Part shown: positions 29,309-36,607 of the stretch, one piece after another
How the letters are laid out: every line of letters starts with the position of its first letter
How positions within the stretch are numbered: position 1 is the stretch's first letter
Source of the DNA: Candidatus Oleincola secundus
Lineage (GTDB): Bacteria > Atribacterota > Phoenicimicrobiia > Phoenicimicrobiales > Stramentimicrobiaceae
Assembly (NCBI GenBank): GCA_018400815.1
Contig: JAGYLS010000005.1
Span: 1-44,740, forward strand
Direction: 5' to 3'
Length of the DNA: 44,740 nt
Notes under the pieces: generated by a model
What the model was told of the DNA's origin: nothing
The model's input: the letters and a program-made list of their open reading frames with translations, nothing else
Databases searched by the model: none
Program-made: the position numbers and the translations under genes

Positions 29309-31117
29309 CTATCCCAAGCCGAGCTCTTTTAACTTGGCTTCAGTGGGAATACCGTCATCATTCCATCCTCTCGTTTTATAGTACTCAGGAAGAGTTACAT
29401 CTAAATGTACAACTTGTCCTTTAGCAACTCCTTCTGACATGGGATCATTTAGGAATCTCGGTGGGAGTGTATCATCGATCTTGGTAAGTCCAGCCTTAAG
29501 GTTCCATAATTTTTCAAGATTCCAGATCCTCTCTCCAGCTTTCAATGCCTCTTCAGCACTGTAGTTAAAACCTGTTACTGTCGAAAGAAGACTTGCATAG
29601 TCATCTAACCCTAAAGCAAAAGAAGTGAACAAACAAATTCCTTCTGCATCAATTACTGCGGTTAAATCCTGAAATGTTTTTACCCACTGAGCTTTGCCTT
29701 CGGTTATGAAAGGATCAACCTTTTCAGGTGCGCCAAGAATTTCAGGCGAGATCATATACCCTCTTACATGACATCCTCCTCTATTGGATGTTGCATACGC
29801 TAATGCATGTCCTTGAACACCTCTGGGATCATATGCCGGGAGATCCTGTTTCTTTACACTTATAGATATCTCAGGATGGCCATGTTCTTTTGCAAACTCA
29901 TATGAACCTTCTGCAAGTTTATCTCCTAATCCTTCTCTTAGCGCAATTGTTTTTGTATAGTGTAAAAGCGCATCTGTACTGCCAAATTTAGGTGTGGGTT
30001 CTCCCTCAAACTCTTCTTCTTTGAGGTAACCCTTTTCATATAATTCCATTGCAGCAGCAATTGTTGCTCCTGTTGAAATTGTATCAAGTCCCATTTTATT
30101 GCAAATATAGTTTGCCTTTATCACTGCAACAAGGTCGTCAATACCGCAATCTGCACTAAATGCCCAGCTTGTTTCATATTCTGGTCCTTCACCCTCTTCA
30201 CCATCGGGAAGTTTTGTCACTCTACCACAACCAATTGGGCAACCGAAACATGCTTTATTTTTAACAAGATAAGTTTCTACAAGCTTTTCCCCTGAAACCT
30301 TATCTACATTTTCGAATACACTCTCTTGAAAGTTTCTGGTAGGATATAAACCGTTCTGATCAATGATATTGTTTAAAACCATAGTCCCATACTTAGGCAG
30401 TCCTTGTGAAGTAATACTATTAGTTTTAAGCTTATCCATCATACCTTTTAAAACTTCCCTAAACTTATCTTCATTTGCAATTGGTACTCTCTTATGGCCT
30501 CTCACAGCAATTGCTTTTAAATTCTTTGATCCCATAACAGCACCAACACCTGTTCTTCCAGCAGCACGTCCCTTGTCATTTATAATACACGCAAATTTTA
30601 CAAGATTCTCTCCAGCTGGTCCAATACATGCAACATTAATGTGTTTATCACCGCCAAGTTCTTGGATAATCCTATCCGTTGTTTTATCAGTTTCTTCCCC
30701 AATAAGATGATCTGCATCTTTAATCTCCACCTTGTCCTCATTAACCCATAGATAAACGGGTTTTTGAGCCTTCCCTTCCACAACAATCATATCGTATCCT
30801 GCCTTCTTTAGCTCCGGTCCCCAGAAACCTCCTGAGTTAGAACCTGCAATAGTATTGTTTAATGGACTTTTTGTTACAACATCAAATCTTGCAGCTGATG
30901 GTGAGGGAGTTAGCGTTAAGGGACCAGTGGCAAAGATTAGTTTGTTATCGGGACCAAGGGGATCTATTTTTGGATCAACTTCATCATAGAAAATCTTTGC
31001 GGCATAACCTCTTGCTCCGATATACTCCTTTGCAATTTGTTCATCGATCGGCTCTGTACTAACCTTTCCTGTTGACAAATTTACTCTAAGAATCTTACCC
31101 ATATAACCACCCAACAT
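29309..31117 (-). CDS. aor: Aldehyde:ferredoxin oxidoreductase (tungsten AOR family)
   Basis: KILRVNL, KSPL, IGPAGE, AAGR.G.GAVMGSKNLKA, CFGCPIGC, GPEYE, GLDTIS, NRGGCH motifs. Confidence 0.95.
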   Translation of the reverse strand: MLGGYMGKILRVNLSTGKVSTEPIDEQIAKEYIGARGYAAKIFYDEVDPKIDPLGPDNKLIFATGPLTLTPSPSAARFDVVTKSPLNNTIAGSNSGGFWGPELKKAGYDMIVVEGKAQKPVYLWVNEDKVEIKDADHLIGEETDKTTDRIIQELGGDKHINVACIGPAGENLVKFACIINDKGRAAGRTGVGAVMGSKNLKAIAVRGHKRVPIANEDKFREVLKGMMDKLKTNSITSQGLPKYGTMVLNNIIDQNGLYPTRNFQESVFENVDKVSGEKLVETYLVKNKACFGCPIGCGRVTKLPDGEEGEGPEYETSWAFSADCGIDDLVAVIKANYICNKMGLDTISTGATIAAAMELYEKGYLKEEEFEGEPTPKFGSTDALLHYTKTIALREGLGDKLAEGSYEFAKEHGHPEISISVKKQDLPAYDPRGVQGHALAYATSNRGGCHVRGYMISPEILGAPEKVDPFITEGKAQWVKTFQDLTAVIDAEGICLFTSFALGLDDYASLLSTVTGFNYSAEEALKAGERIWNLEKLWNLKAGLTKIDDTLPPRFLNDPMSEGVAKGQVVHLDVTLPEYYKTRGWNDDGIPTEAKLKELGLG

Positions 31118-31153
31118 ATCTTTAACCTCCTTTAGATTTTTTCTTAAATAAGA

Positions 31154-31248
31154 AATAATCTCCTTTGCAAACGGCAGGCATATCAGTTACCCGATAAACC
31201 CTTTCGCCTACTCTTCCCGGAGGGAAAAATATAGGTCGGAGTATTATT
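31154..31248 (-). promoter_or_regulatory. Moco/Wco RNA motif, P3-less (tungsten-associated) variant
   Basis: ACTCCGA-[single hairpin]-GAAAGGGT-TATCGGGTAACTGATA-TGCCTGCCGTTTGCAAAGGAG; no CCTAAG/ATGG P3 element. Confidence 0.82.
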
Positions 31249-31364
31249 AATATTATTTTAGAAACTTTTTTAACAAAAGTCAATCTCTCGAATTGCCTAA
31301 TCAAATAAGTTACTTAATTACTGAGCATGAACAACCGTCCCCTGTATCAACCTGTATTAATATC

Positions 31365-31448
31365 AATGTATACCATCTCCCAACCGAGTTGATTCTTCAA
31401 GTAATCAAAAGTTGTTTCCTGCACTAAAGTATCTTCGTTATAATACAT
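31365..31448 (-). pseudogene. N-terminal stub of a type I restriction HsdR-like gene
   Basis: MYYNEDTLVQETTFDYLKNQLGWEMVY resembles HsdR N-termini; truncated next to the REP-like site. Confidence 0.55.
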
Positions 31449-31458
31449 AAAGATTAAT

Positions 31459-32497
31459 TCATTCTTCCTTCTTTTTGGAATCTAATAATTTCTTTACCTC
31501 TTTATCGAAATCAGAAATATATTCTTTATCCTGAATAATTCTGTATTTCTCCTATTCGCTTTCTGCTAATACAACAGCTATTTCATGACTTATTTTCCCA
31601 CTATTTTGCAAAATATCTCTTTCGTTAAATTTCAAAAAAGCGTCTAATTTTTCTACCCAATCTTTCATATGCATAACTTTATGTTTTTCTGCCTGCATCT
31701 CTGCATAATCAAGATACATAGTTACAATTCGGTTCAAATGGTCCAATTCTCTCTCATTGAGATAATTCTTGGCAATACTAACATCATATTTTCTGATAGG
31801 ACCATCAGGAGCATTTTTCCAGTTTGTCAAACCCATATTTTTCTTCTTACTATCAATCCTTTGATGAATAATTTCTGCTACTGTTTGACCGGATATGGCA
31901 AAGTGAAGCTTGTTCTGAACTGTTGCAAAAAATTCTTTAGTAATATTTTCATTTGGGTCATAGTCAGCACTGCACTGGGCATATATATCAGTAATTTTTT
32001 GATAGAATCTTCGCTCACTACTGCGAATATCCCGAATGCGTGCTAATAACTCTTCAAAATAATCTTGCCCAAAGATTCTTTCAGGATTTTTTAATCTTTC
32101 ATCATCCATGGAAAAACCCTTAATTATATATTCCTTTAATACCTGAGTTGCCCAAATACGGAAATGGATTGCCTGTTTTGAATTGACTCGATATCCAACT
32201 GAGATAATGGCATCCAGATTATAAAACTTTGTCTTATAGGTTTTTCCATCACTGGCAGTTATTTCCATTTTGGAAATAACTGATTTTTCTTGTAACTCAC
32301 CACTTTTTGAAAATATTTGTTAGGTGTTTGTTAATAGCAGGAACCCCTACATCAAAAAGTTCAGCCATTCTTTTTTGGGTAAGCCAGACAGTTTCATCAC
32401 GTAAAAATATTTCTACCTTAACCTTGCCATTGGGAGATTTATAAAGTAAAAATTCGGTAAATTCGTTTTGTTTGGCAATTTGTTTCTTTTTCTTCAT
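31459..32497 (-). pseudogene. RhuM-family protein with a frameshift and a premature TAG
   Basis: ETVWLTQKRMAELF and YNLDAIISVGYRVNS motifs; +1 frameshift in the A5 run (32304-32308); TAG at 31552 followed in frame by EKYRIIQDKEYISDFD. Confidence 0.85.
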
Positions 32498-32606
32498 TTT
32501 TCCCCTTCTTCCTATTTTGTGGCCTTACCTTTAATCCTATCCTGTCTATAATAGCCACTTAAAAGGCATCTTCCCATTAGACTAAGGAGAGGCCGAGGAA
32601 CATCCG

Positions 32607-32792
32607 GCAGTTCAGGCCGAGTCACCCGAACAAGGTAATTGTCTTTGGACAAACCCTATAAGCCACAAATGTTCCTTCGGCCATATGTTCTTATTCTGGC
32701 ATAAAGAAAGTTATTTGACTATCCTAATTTATCAGATTATTCAATTTTCAAATTAGCTGGGGTATTATTTTTCAATTATAGACCCCATTGAT
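32607..32792. repeat. Defence-island repeat, copy A
   Basis: 32607-32763 aligns with 35817-35973 (about 89% by manual count); 32718-32792 aligns with copy C. Confidence 0.9.
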
Positions 32793-32818
32793 TTCACATT
32801 GTTTCATATTAAGTTTAT

Positions 32819-32897
32819 TTGACTTTTTTAAATAAATATTATATTATGATATTGAACCACTGAAAGCGCGAATGCGTCGTAGGTGGTGTTTTATTTT
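32819..32897 (+). ncRNA. Candidate DUF3800-associated small RNA with its own promoter
   Basis: TTGACT-17-TATTAT (32819-32847), then ACCAC-TGAAA-GCGC-GAAT-GCGT-CGTAG-GTGGT followed by GTTTTATTTT; convergent with the DUF3800 stop. Confidence 0.6.
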
Positions 32898-33673
32898 GGA
32901 TAATAAACTACACCATATTTATCAGATTTAGTAGCATTTAAATTTAAACTTCCTTTTAGTCTTTCCATTAGTTCAATAAAAGTTATTTCATTCAAATTTT
33001 TTGGCATTCTATTAGAAAATTCATTAATACCTAGCTTATATATAGAATAATTATATATAATAAAGGAAATCAGGTCAGCAATCTGAATAAAATAAGATTC
33101 TCTTGAATCTTTTTGTAATGGATCTTCAATTAAAGATTGAATCTCTTTCCTATATGGCTTTGTATTAAATTTAGATGGGATAAAATTTATTTTTTGAATT
33201 TTTCTAGCAGTCATCCTCATCTTTCCAATCCTGCCCTGATCTGTAATTATCATAAATTTTTTTGAAGATTTTATTAAATCGTTTTCTATCCTCTGAATAG
33301 AATATTTTAGAGCATTATCAAGTACATTATAATCTTTCGTTACTACATTTTTCTTGTTTATAACTATATTTATTATTCGCATATCTAAATTAGAAATTAA
33401 TTCACAAAAAAGTTTCAATATTGACAGCCTATCATCATCGCTTATCTGTAGTGACCTGTAAGGATTCTTGTTTAGAGCAAAATGTCTGGTGTGAAATTCT
33501 ATTTTCACAGGAATATTGTAATCTCTTTTTAATTGTTTTCTAAAATTCCGAATATTTTCAAAAATATCTTTCCAATTTGAGTAATGCAAATAAACAGCAG
33601 ACAAAACAAACAATGGTGAAGAATATTTTGGATATCCGTCGTCTCCTGCTTCATCATAATAAGCAATATACAA
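32891..33673 (-). CDS. DUF3800 family protein (RNase H-like acidic motifs)
   Basis: YYDEAG, FVLSAV, EFH, IITD, DS..SYFIQIADL motifs. Confidence 0.82.
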   Translation of the reverse strand: MYIAYYDEAGDDGYPKYSSPLFVLSAVYLHYSNWKDIFENIRNFRKQLKRDYNIPVKIEFHTRHFALNKNPYRSLQISDDDRLSILKLFCELISNLDMRIINIVINKKNVVTKDYNVLDNALKYSIQRIENDLIKSSKKFMIITDQGRIGKMRMTARKIQKINFIPSKFNTKPYRKEIQSLIEDPLQKDSRESYFIQIADLISFIIYNYSIYKLGINEFSNRMPKNLNEITFIELMERLKGSLNLNATKSDKYGVVYYPK

Positions 33674-33742
33674 CCTTTGCTCCCTTCATTCTTATTTCCA
33701 ATATTTTCATTACTTTGCTTTTTTATATTTGATAGATTTAGA

Positions 33743-33817
33743 ACTATCCTGATTGATCAGATTATGCTATTATCAAGATACTTGGGGTATTATTTTTTAA
33801 TTGTGGATCCCTTTGAC
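33743..33817. repeat. Defence-island repeat, partial copy C
   Basis: ACTATCCTGATTGATCAGATTAT..TGGGGTATTATTTTT..GA.CCC.TTGA. Confidence 0.85.
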
Positions 33818-33829
33818 TTTCCTTTTGTC

Positions 33830-34669
33830 TTATTTGTATTCTTCTATACCCAACTTATCAATAAAAGTTTTTATTCTTTCGTAAGCATCTCTTTTGATTA
33901 ATTCCTTTTCTTCAACGTCACCAGTGTCCTGGAAAATAGTTATCCATGCAGGACCTATAGAATTCACATCTTTGAACTTTGCTTTAATTTTGCCAAGTCC
34001 TTCTTTTACAAGTTTATCAGTTCTAACAGGTTTAAATATTTTCACTAACTCTTGAATTCCTCCGGGATAATTTAAAATAGTGAAGTAAATGTCATAAGCA
34101 TCCTTCTCCTTATAGCGCTCCCAAATAGACATTCCTTTCATTACCAAAAATGGGATGATATCAGCAATCTTAACAGTTACCTCATTTATAGAGCCATCAG
34201 GCATTGTTGCTGAAATTTGTAAAGAACGATATTGTTCAAAAACAAGATCACATCCTCTAACTTTTCTTGCTCGCACATCTTGAATTAATTGAGTACGATG
34301 ATTTTTACTGGTTCCACCATACTCTCCAGCTAATAAATCAATCTCTATTGTTACATCTCTGCCTTCTTCATTTTTGATTGTCCTATAATAAATAAATGGT
34401 TGCTGATCTCCTTTTTGATACCCTTTGTTTTTCAACATTTGTAAAATTGTTCTATAGCTACTATTAGAAATTTTTTGAAAATCAAGTGCAATATCAATAT
34501 CAAGGCTTCCCACATGTTCGTTCCTGCTATTTTCTAAAAGAAAATATGGAATCCACCCACCTACCAATACTATAGAATCACGGTATTCTCCTAAAATTGT
34601 CATTAATTCTACAAGTACTGATAAACAGGCGTTTACTTCACTTTTACCATAATCATACTTTGTTACCAC
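33830..34669 (-). CDS. Nucleotidyltransferase-fold protein, AbiEii-like toxin
   Basis: VLVGGW, HVGSLDIDIAL, IDLL, MK..ER..EKDAYDIY motifs. Confidence 0.72.
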   Translation of the reverse strand: MVTKYDYGKSEVNACLSVLVELMTILGEYRDSIVLVGGWIPYFLLENSRNEHVGSLDIDIALDFQKISNSSYRTILQMLKNKGYQKGDQQPFIYYRTIKNEEGRDVTIEIDLLAGEYGGTSKNHRTQLIQDVRARKVRGCDLVFEQYRSLQISATMPDGSINEVTVKIADIIPFLVMKGMSIWERYKEKDAYDIYFTILNYPGGIQELVKIFKPVRTDKLVKEGLGKIKAKFKDVNSIGPAWITIFQDTGDVEEKELIKRDAYERIKTFIDKLGIEEYK

Positions 34670-35760
34670 TGTTTCCTCAATTTCTGATCAAGAAGAAATC
34701 TTGCCGCTTCTTCTCCTCGCTCCTTATAGCTTTGTAGATCAAGATATAGCTGTACATCAGATACAATCCTGGTATCATTAATATCCTGCAACTTATAAAA
34801 TACGCCCTCATCATAAGGCTCTAATAAAGAAACATTGGCCCCGGTAGATACTTCCTTTAAATTTAGATCTTTTGCTATGCTTTCGATTTCATTTTTTACA
34901 TAAGTGAAAATTCTTTTATATCTTAAAAATGGAGCAATTCTTGATGCCCCTGAAGTAAGAGTAAAGCCATAGGTTATATTTTTTTTCTTAAAATATTCAG
35001 CTAATTTTTTCTCTAATATCTCTACATTGTCTAATGAATAAAAATTTTTTACCTTATTTTTTTGATAACTGTAATTTTTTGACCACTCTATTAATAATGA
35101 TTCAGGATTTGATAGCTTTATCTTAGGCCTTTTCTCATATTTCACTTCTTCAATAAACTCTAATTCCAATAGTTTTCTTTTAATATTAGAAGTCTGTCCG
35201 ATGCTTATATTTGACTCTTTTGCCAGTTCCTGAACATACCATTCTTTTTTAGGATTACACAAAAGCACCCTTAATGCGCGAGTAGATTTATCAGAGAAAA
35301 TAGTCTTTAATGGCCTGGTGTTTGGATAAGGGTTTAGACGTCCTTCAATGCTTATATATATATTGTCAAATTTAAACAAGCAGTTCCCTGCCATATCTAT
35401 GAAACCGATATTGTTTTCTCGACAAATTTGTTTTGACTCTTCAGAAATAAAAGTAGCAGCAAATACCCCGTAACAATTTTTTCTATTATTGATAAGACTT
35501 TTAATTTGGTTTACCGCCATTCTGGCATAACGTGGCTGACCAGCAGCCTTTACTTCAAAGATAATAGTATAATTAACTTTACTTTTGGGAATTTTTACCA
35601 ATGCAACCATATCAGCTTGAATCTCTTTATCAGGTAATATATTGCTAACATCTAAACTTATATTGTTTACTCTTATTAAGCCTGTAGATTCAAATAAATT
35701 TTGTACAATTGGTTTTAGTTTGTTAATTATTTCTTTTTCTGAAATCATTGTTTCACTCAT
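34663..35760 (-). CDS. AbiEi-family (type IV TA) antitoxin with an N-terminal PD-(D/E)xK-like domain and wHTH
   Basis: AD..IFEVK, FIDMAGN, ELAKESNISIG HTH, VSDVQLYLDL..RGEEAA; overlaps the toxin gene. Confidence 0.75.
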   Translation of the reverse strand: MSETMISEKEIINKLKPIVQNLFESTGLIRVNNISLDVSNILPDKEIQADMVALVKIPKSKVNYTIIFEVKAAGQPRYARMAVNQIKSLINNRKNCYGVFAATFISEESKQICRENNIGFIDMAGNCLFKFDNIYISIEGRLNPYPNTRPLKTIFSDKSTRALRVLLCNPKKEWYVQELAKESNISIGQTSNIKRKLLELEFIEEVKYEKRPKIKLSNPESLLIEWSKNYSYQKNKVKNFYSLDNVEILEKKLAEYFKKKNITYGFTLTSGASRIAPFLRYKRIFTYVKNEIESIAKDLNLKEVSTGANVSLLEPYDEGVFYKLQDINDTRIVSDVQLYLDLQSYKERGEEAARFLLDQKLRKQW

Positions 35761-35767
35761 ATATATT

Positions 35768-35814
35768 GTTTCAGCGTTTGCTGAAATTATATAATAGAAT
35801 GAAACCTATGTCAA
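35768..35814 (-). promoter_or_regulatory. Consensus promoter plus inverted-repeat operator of the AbiE-like operon
   Basis: TTGACA-17-TATAAT (35814 to 35786) overlapped by TTTCAGC-AAAC-GCTGAAA; TGAAACAAT occurs twice. Confidence 0.82.
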
Positions 35815-35816
35815 TA

Positions 35817-35973
35817 GCAGTTCAGGCCGAGTCACCTCAGACAAAGTATTTGTCCTGGACAAACCCTATAAGCCACAAATGTTCCTCTGGCCATATGTTC
35901 TTATTCTGGCATAAAGAAAGTGATTTGACTATCCTGATTGATCAGATTATTCTATTATCAAGGTAACTGGGGT
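35817..35973. repeat. Defence-island repeat, copy B
   Basis: Direct repeat of 32607-32763. Confidence 0.9.
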
Positions 35974-36007
35974 GAAATCTTTTAATTATATACGTCTTTA
36001 TTCTCTT

Positions 36008-36571
36008 TTATTTATTCTTATTAGAAGAAGGATTATACAAATCATCTCTTTCTTCTGCATTAATATACAAAATTGTTTTTTGTTCATTTAAATTCCAAGT
36101 AAACGCTATATACACTCCCTTTTTACCAGCTAAATTGCCTATATCATCTTCTTTAATCTGGGTCCCCCTAGTAATACTTCCTATTTCGGGAGCTTGATAA
36201 ATAACTTTGATGAAATCATGTTCATCTTTGTAAATTTTAAGTATTTTTGATTTATCTATAGAACTTACAGTCAGACTTATTCTCTTATTTTTAAATAGGA
36301 TATCTTCTCTTAAAATATATTCAAAAGTTCCTTGTTCAAAATTCCATTCTTGATTTTCCGCGATTTTATTAACAAGTTCTGGCGATCCTTTAATAAAAGC
36401 ATTTTTAATTTCTTTCACTATTTCTTCTTTCAGTTCTTTATTTTGTTGATAACTTTTCAACCCAGATACTACATTTCCATAATGCCTAAGACCAAACAAA
36501 AAAATTGTTGTCAAAATTCCAGATATAAGTAAACCGTATTTACATATATTATAAATTTTTTCTGGACTCAT
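36008..36571 (-). CDS. Hypothetical protein with an N-terminal TM helix
   Basis: 187-aa ORF; YGLLISGILTTIFLFGL hydrophobic segment; directly downstream of res. Confidence 0.65.
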   Translation of the reverse strand: MSPEKIYNICKYGLLISGILTTIFLFGLRHYGNVVSGLKSYQQNKELKEEIVKEIKNAFIKGSPELVNKIAENQEWNFEQGTFEYILREDILFKNKRISLTVSSIDKSKILKIYKDEHDFIKVIYQAPEIGSITRGTQIKEDDIGNLAGKKGVYIAFTWNLNEQKTILYINAEERDDLYNPSSNKNK

Positions 36572-36607
36572 ATATTTTTTCTCTGATTTCTATAATTTCA
36601 AGATTTT

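Larger units (their letters stand above)
27777..31350 (+). repeat. 15-bp direct repeats bracketing the moaD-rSAM-aor module
   Basis: CGCCCCCTGTATCAA (27777-27791) versus CGTCCCCTGTATCAA (31336-31350). Confidence 0.55.

Noticed and set aside
19837..31554. Genome-wide TAG recoding, suggested by two in-frame TAG codons (20635, 31552)
   Set aside because: TAG ends several full-length genes at their expected C-termini (AAA_14, B12 protein, radical SAM, aor, thioesterase, ABC permease), and rhuM also has a frameshift
32607..35973. Classical integron attC sites
   Set aside because: No RYYYAAC/GTTRRRY-bounded hairpins and no integrase in the window
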